This document shows positions 53,882 to 64,000 of a DNA stretch of 64,000 bases, one piece after another. The first letter of the stretch is position 1. The number at the start of each line of letters is the position of its first letter. Origin of the DNA: Balanoglossus misakiensis (Eukaryota; Animalia; Hemichordata); assembly GCA_040954595.2 (NCBI GenBank), contig JBECUI020000024.1, positions 434,001-498,000 on the forward strand, given 5' to 3'. Both the position numbers and the translations under genes were made by a program. The notes under the pieces are model-generated. The model saw nothing but the letters and a program-made list of their open reading frames with translations, made no database searches and was not told the origin of the DNA.

Positions 53882-54336
53882 ACCCCGGTGCGGAAAGTAC
53901 TGGGGTTCGGATTAACGTGTGTTTGTACAGTTGTTTATTTGGGAGTGGTCGTCGTGCATAATAACTGTGTAATTGATCTCATGTACATAGAAAATAATTG
54001 AACACTTTACACCTCTATGCGATTGACAGCTGTTTGAATGGCGTGGTTATTGTTTCCCAGGGATGCTTCTGAAAAGCACTGAAACCAGATTTCTCCCAAA
54101 ATCATCGTTGTTTCAAAAGCTCGTGTACTTTTTCATCGATAACTTTATGTTGTGTGTGTTTATAAAGCCAACCACTGTCGTTGTGTGGTGTAATTCTTTA
54201 TGCTTGGATCTGTTTGGGCCGATTTTCATAGAGCCAAGATCGTTAGAGCCAAGATCGTTGGTGTTGTCTGTTGTCAGTCAAACGGCATTAAGATTCGCCA
54301 CTGATTTGGGGGGTCTTTTATACCACGCATCGGGGT
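53882..54336. mobile_element. TTAA-specific MITE (piggyBac/Kolobok-type target)
   Basis: TTAA|ACCCCGGTGCG ... CGCATCGGGGT|TTAA. A single TTAA is present at the empty site 4739-4742. Confidence 0.85.
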
Positions 54337-54620
54337 TTAATGTTTACGATATCAGGACAATTTATATCATATGAAGTTTTATGTATTCATAATTATTCAG
54401 AGAAGCAAATTTTTAAAAATGTGAAATTGTTATCAATCGGATGTGCACTGACAGCATGCTTATATGGAATACAGGTACTCTAACACAATCAGTCATAACA
54501 CTTTTGAATCATCAATAAATAACATATAGAATAATTTTACAGGATTTAATTATTTATATTTGAACGCAAAGCGTAAATTCCCTTGTGCCATGGAATTCAC
54601 AATCTGCAACTGGTGGGGTC

Positions 54621-55275
54621 CAGGGATCTCCCCAGGAAAAAATCATAGCGTCGGGGCTAATTTGCATGCTAATTTGCATATTAATTAACATAAAATTTAC
54701 ATATAGCATGAGCTTCTATTTGACATCACTGTGCCCCCCCCCCCCCACAATTATGTCGTCTGCTATCCTGTGTGTAGTGTACAAGTATTCTGCAGATTTG
54801 TGGAAGCATAGCATGACCTCCAACAAAAGTTGCTACATCTTTTGACAAGTTTAGATAAGGTGTTGCAAAATGCGTACGCTCACTTGTTGCCATCTGTGCG
54901 TGCGTGCGTGTTACTAGGGCTATGATGCTATTTATAGGACGCCTGTCTGAAGATAACTGGTGCACTGAATGAAATGGGCAGCGTACTGCTCTTGACAGCG
55001 TGCAGAGCTGCAATGCTTCTGGGGTGATTAAAGACGTGATTAACACCGTGAAAGGTGTGAAATGACTCCATTGTGTTCACTATTCATCAAGAATTGAAAG
55101 GAAGTAGCAAGTTATGGTAAAAACAAAGGCGGACGTAAGGCAAAAATACGGAGTTGACAATAACATGTTAGCGTAGCGGGCAGACATAATAGCGTCGGGG
55201 GGAAAGCCATAGCGTCGGGGCCGTTAGTGATAGCGTCGGGGCCCCCGACGCTGTTTGGGCCTGGGGAGAACCCTG
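54621..55275. mobile_element. CAGGG-ended MITE with 5-bp TSD (hAT5-like)
   Basis: TIRs CAGGGATCTCCCCAGG / CCTGGGGAGAACCCTG, with GGGTC duplicated (empty site in the paralog at about 48260). Subterminal ATAGCGTCGGGG repeats. Confidence 0.85.
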
Positions 55276-57483
55276 GGGTCCTTCTGCCAGTAAGAAGCAT
55301 CAGATAAATTCTGCATGCTCATCACCGAGGCAATTTAGGTGTACTTTTGTATTTGATAACTGTCGGTTTTCGCAACTGAAACTCTGCTCACAGGACGGAG
55401 GAAAAACTAGAATGACAACAGCTATGTAAGCTAACAAAAGAAACACAGAGCATAGTTCTCCATACTCATATTTTAATGCAATAATTTTTGCTGAAATTGG
55501 GGCGTCCGTGGGCAGGCAAAGGCAGTTCTAACTCAACTTGCAAATCAGGCCCATGTCTCTTGTTCCCTGAGACTGTCTGGTTCTAATAATAGCTGTAAGA
55601 ACATAATCGTTGACCAAAGGGTTGGTTCAATTTTGCAACATTTTATGATTTCAAGCTGTGCAATATTTGCAACTCTGTTTCAACTTTGGTTGGAGGGATG
55701 ATGATGAAGCCATTTCACTGACAAAATAGCACTACTAACTGACATCCATATTTGTTTACAGTCAAATGCATTGCCATCAGAAAAATGCATACGAAAAAAT
55801 TCTTATGTGAATAATACACACTTTCTTGCACAACTGCAAACTCTGTCACATTTGTGAAATTTTAAGGAAATTCATTCATTGGGTAGCTTTATGAATTCTT
55901 AAACAAACTTAGTCATGAAACCTAAATGGTTACCTTACACATCTGGCGGCTCGACTTCTGTGATATGATAGTCTTCAATTAATGTGTATGTGATTCCATA
56001 CAAATCCATATGATTACCTGAACGTACAAAATAAATAAAAAATAAAAAATAAATTAAAAATAAATAAGTATCTCATACATATGCATAAGTGCTTGTGATA
56101 AATATATCCTGTATTTAAATAAACCTGTCATTTATTGACCTCGTTTTCCTATTAACCCAAAGGACTAGATTGCACTGTAATATTATTACAGCTTCATTTC
56201 AATGCAACAGGTACACTACATCATATTGGAGCAAATATGCCAGCTCAACATTGATATAAAGAGTGTCAAAATATTGGTGGCTACAAAAGCTTGTGTCCCT
56301 TCAATCCATCCTCGCACTCAGGTGAAAACGAACGTCATTAGTTTTTGGGAAAAAACCTCTGAAATCAATTTCGGTGAGGCCAAATGTGTTCCAAAGGCAA
56401 ACCGTTTCTGGTAAACAAATCAATGGCAAATAATTACTTCGGCGACATACCAATCAGTCAACATGGCTGCCTAATCGTTTGATAGCCCGGTTTCATCTCG
56501 CGATCATTCTGTCTTCCGATATGGCGTTGCATGGTTAAATTCGTCTCTTCTTTGCCGACATAGTCAGGCGACAGCGGTCCAGAAGCATAGGCAGCGACGC
56601 CATCTTGTTTACAATGTGAAGTATCGACTGCGCATGCTCAATAATTTTCCGCGTTTTTTTTTTTGCCAACGGCGCGCGCGCGGTGTCTGGTATAGAGAAA
56701 ATAACATGCAAGTGCGCGATTATTCATTTGTAAAAAATCAGTTATACATTTGTCATCAACGTTTGAAAACTTTCAATGATCTTACCTCGGTAAGCATTTC
56801 AAATAGGTACATTTTTATTTAGAACCATCGTATGTGGAAAATAATAAAACACAGAGTGGGGATTGGCCCTATGTTTGACTTGATCATACCCAGCTCGGTT
56901 TGCGTTTTGACTGCAAAAAGAAGCTTATCTCGTAATTTCAACTTGAATGGAACGCACTAGAAACTCTGATTTACTCAGCCTCTAATTGTTCTATTTAATC
57001 CAGCAAACTCCACCATCTCAACATATATAACATTTGCCAAAACATGCATGCTTACGGTACCATGGATTCTTTACATACAGTAAGCAATCTCGACACGTTA
57101 CGATAGCCGCCATATTGGAATTCGCTCGAGACGAAAATACAAAACATCTTACAAAACTGCCATCGTCTCACAAACAAACAAAATCACACTACCATTGGTT
57201 AAACAACAACTTCATAACCAACATCACCAAGTATTATACGTTCAAACCACCGATTCTCTCATTCGTACCACATTTAAAAACTGCATGTAATTGTATACGT
57301 GTTACTCACCGGATTCAGGTCAACGCCTCTGCTGGAGTCAGATTCGTTTTCGGATTCAAGTGCGTAGGATGAAGTTGCTTTCAGATTCATACCCCATAGA
57401 CGTGTTGGGTTAACACTCCGTTTATACAGCTCAATATATTGGTATATCTATACTACATCCTCTTCACAGTTAATGAATGTAAT

Positions 57484-60400
57484 ATACAGATCTGTTCACT
57501 TAAATAAAGATATGTTTATAGCCAAACAAATACCTCTGTCAAAACTTTCACTGATTCAGATGAAAATTTTCAACTATTTACAACCAATCCACACATCACT
57601 TGTGACTAATTAACCAATCACATAATGTGTCCATTCTAACTTTGTATTTCGCCCTCAACTACTGCATGTGTAATGATGCATGTGGATTAGTGTGTAATCA
57701 TAATAGTTTGTAGTCTACCTTCTGCCCATCATTTTTGTAATTGGACATTATGCTGTCCATGTTCCAGTTTTTTTGCCACAATTTTTACTAAGTTTGCCAA
57801 GACCATTGTGATTGGTCGAAGATTATGGCGGCCATATTGGATTTTCGAAAAACCATAGTAAAACTCCAACAATCTTCTCCAGAACTGGCGATAACTGAGT
57901 CGCAAGATTCGGGGAGTATGGTCATTACACTGATGTCTATCAGGTTTGCAAAGAGCATTGTGATTGGTCGAAAAATATGGCGGCCATATTGGATTTTGTA
58001 AAAAGCAGTGAAAAATTGAAATTCCTTTTTCTAGTCTATACATTGATAGCATGCAAATTATTTTTATGGATATCAATCATCATATGACTAAAATATGTTA
58101 CAAATTTTTGGCGATTTTTCACTTGACCTTTGACCTACTTTTCACACATTATTATTTCTGCATATCTATTTCCAGGCTAACCTATAGGAATGCATATATA
58201 GCTCATTCTACCTGTTCTAAATGTACCAGAGTTCTGATTTTTGTGCACATTGGTATCACCCCTGCCAGGACCTACCCCAAATATTTTGGTAATTTTGGCA
58301 ATGACCTTTGACCGTGACATGGCGGCCATATTGGATTTTCTGAAAAAATGCAAATCTCAGATCTCAGAAACTACAAGTCAGATCGACTTCAAATTTGGCG
58401 TGCAGGTAGACTACCTTTTGGCAAACATTTTTGTAATTGGAAATTATGCTGTCAATGTTGCAGTTTTTTTGCTACAGTTGTTTTTCTGAAATCTGGTAAA
58501 AATTTCAAAAATCTTCTTCTCCAGAACCAGCGATAACCGAGTCACGCGGTTTGGGGTATGTGGTCACCAAACTGAGGTCTATCAAGTTTGCGAAGATCAT
58601 TGTGATTGGTCGAAGATTTTGGCGGCCATATTGGATTTTCGAAAAACCCTAGTAAAATTTCAAAAATCTTCTTCTCAAGAACCGGCGATAACTGAGTCAC
58701 AAGATTTGGTGTGTGTGGTCATTAAACAGATGTCTATCAAGTTTGGGAAGGTAAATGTGATTGGTCGAAGATTATGGCGGCCATATTGGATTTTGTGAAA
58801 AACGATTAAAAAGTAAAAATTCCCTTTCTAGCCTAAAATTTGATAGCACAGAAATTCTTTTTATGGATATGAATCATCATATGCCAAGAATAAGCTATAA
58901 ATATTTTGGTCATTTTGGCAATGACCTTTGACCTACTTTTGACGCATCATTTTTCTGCATATCTAATTCCAGGCTAACCAATAGGGCTATAAGTTTGGTT
59001 TTTGATGTATGTGGATTTGTATGCGATCAAAAAATTTCGCTACTTTTCATGACCCCTTTGACCTCTGCGGACCTCATTAAATATGCGCATACCTAAATAC
59101 AGATGAACCAATAGACCTAGAGGTTTGGTTTTTGTTGGACATGAACCAGTATTGGGTCAAATTTTTTTGCCCAAATGTTGGGTGACCTCGGATGACCTTT
59201 GACCTACTTTTGCATATATCGGCATCCAAAGCAGGTACAGCCTTGGCATTTGGAGGTATGGGGGCCATAATGAAAAGCCAAAGTTTTGGGTCACCTGTGA
59301 CACCTGCTTTATGCATTATTTATGTGCATACCTAATTCCGGACTAACCAAAAGGGCTAGAGGTCTGGGTTTTGTTAGACATGGACCACTTTGGGTCAAAA
59401 TTTTCTGCCCAAATTGTGGGTGACCTCTGGGTGACCTTTGACCTACTTAACACTATATCAACACCAAACATAGATATAACCTTGATATTTCATGGGATAA
59501 AACACAGCATTATGTTTCTACTCATTAATTATGTGCATATCTAATAATCAGATCAGATAATAGAGCTTGGGCCCGGACAATGCTGCTTGCAGCTTTAATT
59601 CTTCTTCTTCTTCTTCTTCTTCCGAGAAATTCGGCCAGGTAGATCTGGAAAACCGCTGCACCTTGGGGGCTGAAACTTGGTAGGGTGATAGGGGCCAATG
59701 AGTAGACGTGCAGTGGCTCGTGAATATTTAATTAGTCACGTGACCTGGCGGCCATATTGCATTTCCTGACAATCGTTAAACGAGTCCTTCTCAAAAACTA
59801 CTGGGCCGATCGAGTTCAAATTTGGTGTACAGGTAGCCTACCTTCTGTCCATCATTTTACCCCATTGAAATCATGACGTCACACATAAAGTTTTTTTGCT
59901 ACAATTGATTTTCTGAAAAACTACTTAAAACTTTAAAAATCTTCTTCTCCAGAACCAGCGATTGCCGAGTCACAGGATTCGGGGTATGTGGTCACCTAAC
60001 CTATGTTTATCAAGTTTGCGAAGCGCACTGTGATTGGTCGATCATTATGGCGGCCATGTTGGATTTTCGGAAAACCATTGAAAAATGAAAATTCTGTTTT
60101 GTAGCCAAAATGTTGACAGCACGTAAATTCTTTTTTTGGATATGAGTCATCATATGACCGGAAGTTGTTACAATTTTTCGGGGCAATTTTGACATGACCT
60201 TTGACCCAGTTTTAAAACAACTAATTATATATGCATATCCCCATACCTCCTCTTGTAAAAGCACCACAGTCATGAATTTTGTGGACATGGGTACCAATGC
60301 TGCCAGGACATGACACAACTATTTTGGTAATTTTGGCAATGACCCTTGACCTATTTCTGAAACATCATTTTTCTGCATATCTAATTCCAGGCTAACCAAT

Positions 60401-63400
60401 AGGGCTAGAGGTCTGGTTTTAGTTGGACATGGCCCACTCTGGGGTCAACATTTTATGCCCAAATTTTGGGTGACCTTGGATGACCTTTGATCTAATTTCC
60501 CATATCTCAGCATCCACAGCAGTTAGAGTCCTGGCTTTTGGAGGGCCGATGGAGCAGATATGGAGTCTTACACAAGACCTCATTAATTATGCGCATACCT
60601 AATTCTAGGCGAACCAATAGAGCTAGGTGTTTGGTTTTTGTTGGACCTAGACTAGTATGGGGTCCGATTTTTTTGCCCAAATTTGGGGTGACCTCAGGTG
60701 ACCTTTGACCTACTTTCCAATATCTTGGTATCCACAGCAGATCTTGCTGTGGATACCAAGATATTGGAAAGTAGGTCAAAGGTCACCTGAGGTCACCCCA
60801 AATTTGGGCAAAAAAATCGGACCCCATACTAGTCTAGGTCCAACAAAAACCAAACACCTAGCTCTATTGGTTCGCCTAGAATTAGGTATGCGCATAATTA
60901 ATGAGGTCTTGTGTAAGACTCCATATCTGCTCCATCGGCCCTCCAAAAGCCAGGACTCTAACTGCTGTGGATGCTGAGATATGGGAAATTAGATCAAAGG
61001 TCATCCAAGGTCACCCAAAATTTGGGCATAAAATGTTGACCCCAGAGTGGGCCATGTCCAACTAAAACCAGACCTCTAGCCCTATTGGTTAGCCTGGAAT
61101 TAGATATGCAGAAAAATGATGTTTCAGAAATAGGTCAAGGGTCATTGCCAAAATTACCAAAATAGTTGTGTCATGTCCTGGCAGCATTGGTACCCATGTC
61201 CACAAAATTCATGACTGTGGTGCTTTTACAAGAGGAGGTATGGGGATATGCATATATAATTAGTTGTTTTAAAACTGGGTCAAAGGTCATGTCAAAATTG
61301 CCCCGAAAAATTGTAACAACTTCCGGTCATATGATGACTCATATCCAAAAAAAGAATTTACGTGCTGTCAACATTTTGGCTACAAAACAGAATTTTCATT
61401 TTTCAATGGTTTTCCGAAAATCCAACATGGCCGCCATAATGATCGACCAATCACAGTGCGCTTCGCAAACTTGATAAACATAGGTTAGGTGACCACATAC
61501 CCCGAATCCTGTGACTCGGCAATCGCTGGTTCTGGAGAAGAAGATTTTTAAAGTTTTAAGTAGTTTTTCAGAAAATCAATTGTAGCAAAAAAACTTTATG
61601 TGTGACGTCATGATTTCAATGGGGTAAAATGATGGACAGAAGGTAGGCTACCTGTACACCAAATTTGAACTCGATCGGCCCAGTAGTTTTTGAGAAGGAC
61701 TCGTTTAACGATTGTCAGGAAATGCAATATGGCCGCCAGGTCACGTGACTAATTAAATATTCACGAGCCACTGCACGTCTACTCATTGGCCCCTATCACC
61801 CTACCAAGTTTCAGCCCCCAAGGTGCAGCGGTTTTCCAGATCTACCTGGCCGAATTTCTCGGAAGAAGAAGAAGAAGAAGAAGAATTAAAGCTGCAAGCA
61901 GCATTGTCCGGGCCCAAGCTCTATTATCTGATCTGATTATTAGATATGCACATAATTAATGAGTAGAAACATAATGCTGTGTTTTATCCCATGAAATATC
62001 AAGGTTATATCTATGTTTGGTGTTGATATAGTGTTAAGTAGGTCAAAGGTCACCCAGAGGTCACCCACAATTTGGGCAGAAAATTTTGACCCAAAGTGGT
62101 CCATGTCTAACAAAACCCAGACCTCTAGCCCTTTTGGTTAGTCCGGAATTAGGTATGCACATAAATAATGCATAAAGCAGGTGTCACAGGTGACCCAAAA
62201 CTTTGGCTTTTCATTATGGCCCCCATACCTCCAAATGCCAAGGCTGTACCTGCTTTGGATGCCGATATATGCAAAAGTAGGTCAAAGGTCATCCGAGGTC
62301 ACCCAACATTTGGGCAAAAAAATTTGACCCAATACTGGTTCATGTCCAACAAAAACCAAACCTCTAGGTCTATTGGTTCATCTGTATTTAGGTATGCGCA
62401 TATTTAATGAGGTCCGCAGAGGTCAAAGGGGTCATGAAAAGTAGCGAAATTTTTTGATCGCATACAAATCCACATACATCAAAAACCAAACTTATAGCCC
62501 TATTGGTTAGCCTGGAATTAGATATGCAGAAAAATGATGCGTCAAAAGTAGGTCAAAGGTCATTGCCAAAATGACCAAAATATTTATAGCTTATTCTTGG
62601 CATATGATGATTCATATCCATAAAAAGAATTTCTGTGCTATCAAATTTTAGGCTAGAAAGGGAATTTTTACTTTTTAATCGTTTTTCACAAAATCCAATA
62701 TGGCCGCCATAATCTTCGACCAATCACATTTACCTTCCCAAACTTGATAGACATCTGTTTAATGACCACACACACCAAATCTTGTGACTCAGTTATCGCC
62801 GGTTCTTGAGAAGAAGATTTTTGAAATTTTACTAGGGTTTTTCGAAAATCCAATATGGCCGCCAAAATCTTCGACCAATCACAATGATCTTCGCAAACTT
62901 GATAGACCTCAGTTTGGTGACCACATACCCCAAACCGCGTGACTCGGTTATCGCTGGTTCTGGAGAAGAAGATTTTTGAAATTTTTACCAGATTTCAGAA
63001 AAACAACTGTAGCAAAAAAACTGCAACATTGACAGCATAATTTCCAATTACAAAAATGTTTGCCAAAAGGTAGTCTACCTGCACGCCAAATTTGAAGTCG
63101 ATCTGACTTGTAGTTTCTGAGATCTGAGATTTGCATTTTTTCAGAAAATCCAATATGGCCGCCATGTCGCGGTCAAAGGTCATTGCCAAAATTACCAAAA
63201 TATTTGGGGTAGGTCCTGGCAGGGGTGATACCAATGTGCACAAAAATCAGAACTCTGGTACATTTAGAACAGGTAGAATGAGCTATATATGCATCCCTAT
63301 AGGTTAGCCTGGAAATAGATATGCAGAAATAATAATGTGTGAAAAGTAGGTCAAAGGTCAAGTGAAAAATCGCCAAAAATTTGTAACATATTTTAGTCAT

Positions 63401-64000
63401 ATGATGATTGATATCCATAAAAATAATTTGCATGCTATCAATGTATAGACTAGAAAAAGGAATTTCAATTTTTCACTGCTTTTTACAAAATCCAATATGG
63501 CCGCCATATTTTTCGACCAATCACAATGCTCTTTGCAAACCTGATAGACATCAGTGTAATGACCATACTCCCCGAATCTTGCGACTCAGTTATCGCCAGT
63601 TCTGGAGAAGATTGTTGGAGTTTTACTATGGTTTTTCGAAAATCCAATATGGCCGCCATAATCTTCGACCAATCACAATGGTCTTGGCAAACTTAGTAAA
63701 AATTGTGGCAAAAAAACTGGAACATGGACAGCATAATGTCCAATTACAAAAATGATGGGCAGAAGGTAGACTACAAACTATTATGATTACACACTAATCC
63801 ACATGCATCATTACACATGCAGTAGTTGAGGGCGAAATACAAAGTTAGAATGGACACATTATGTGATTGGTTAATTAGTCACAAGTGATGTGTGGATTGG
63901 TTGTAAATAGTTGAAAATTTTCATCTGAATCAGTGAAAGTTTTGACAGAGGTATTTGTTTGGCTATAAACATATCTTTATTTAAGTGAACAGATCTGTAT
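57484..64000. repeat. Near-perfect palindrome centred at 60742, 5-nt spacer
   Basis: Mirror coordinates sum to 121484, confirmed by mirrored ORF pairs in the track. Centre is CACAGCA-GATCT-TGCTGTG. Two substitutions seen (58189/63295, 58315/63169). Continues to the window edge. Confidence 0.98.
57730..60742 (+). mobile_element. Two consecutive HINE-like units (mirrored at 60742-63755)
   Basis: Internal repeats GATTGGTCGAAGATTATGGCGGCCATATTGGATTTT and units of the 239-bp family. The 3' end CTTGGGCCC..GCTGCTTGCAGC at 59565-59593 is followed by (CTT)n and a second, diverged unit. Left boundary approximate. Confidence 0.65.

Larger units (their letters stand above)
45933..56642 (-). repeat. Right outer arm of giant degenerate inverted repeat
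   Basis: Reverse complement of 1639-15576, lacking the left-arm insertions and carrying three right-arm-specific insertions. Confidence 0.92.

Noticed and set aside
1639-56642. Polinton/Maverick or autonomous Helitron as the identity of the giant inverted repeat
   Set aside because: No pPolB, capsid, packaging ATPase or RepHel coding sequence was found, and there are no (AG)n termini or 6-bp TSD.
57729-63755. Mirrored ORF pairs as duplicated genes
   Set aside because: They are translations of HINE internal repeats, duplicated only because of the palindrome.

Overview
Eukaryotic, AT-rich, repeat-dense DNA with spliceosomal introns. The repeat types suggest a marine invertebrate (inference only). 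There is no prokaryotic gene organisation, and most short ORFs in the track are spurious. The window is dominated by inverted duplication at several scales. (1) A roughly 55-kb degenerate palindrome has outer arms at 1639-15576 and 45933-56642 and inner arms at about 26580-31770 and 36025-39645, and each arm carries its own later transposon insertions. (2) A near-perfect palindrome is centred at 60742, with a 5-nt loop and arms of at least 3.25 kb running off the window end. Its centre coincides with a micro-hairpin native to a Helentron-like (HINE) repeat. The core of the large palindrome holds several fragmentary copies of a spliced multi-OB-fold (SSB/RPA-like) gene. Also present: a young Mag-type Gypsy element (tRNA-Leu PBS, two nonsense codons, a MITE in the 3' LTR), an Academ-like element, several MITEs and HINEs, an L2/CR1-type RT fragment, tandem arrays of 86, 160, 239 and 309 bp, a twin covarying RNA-hairpin motif, and the disrupted 5' part of a secreted pentraxin-domain gene. 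All alignments were done by eye, and boundaries marked approximate need confirming.
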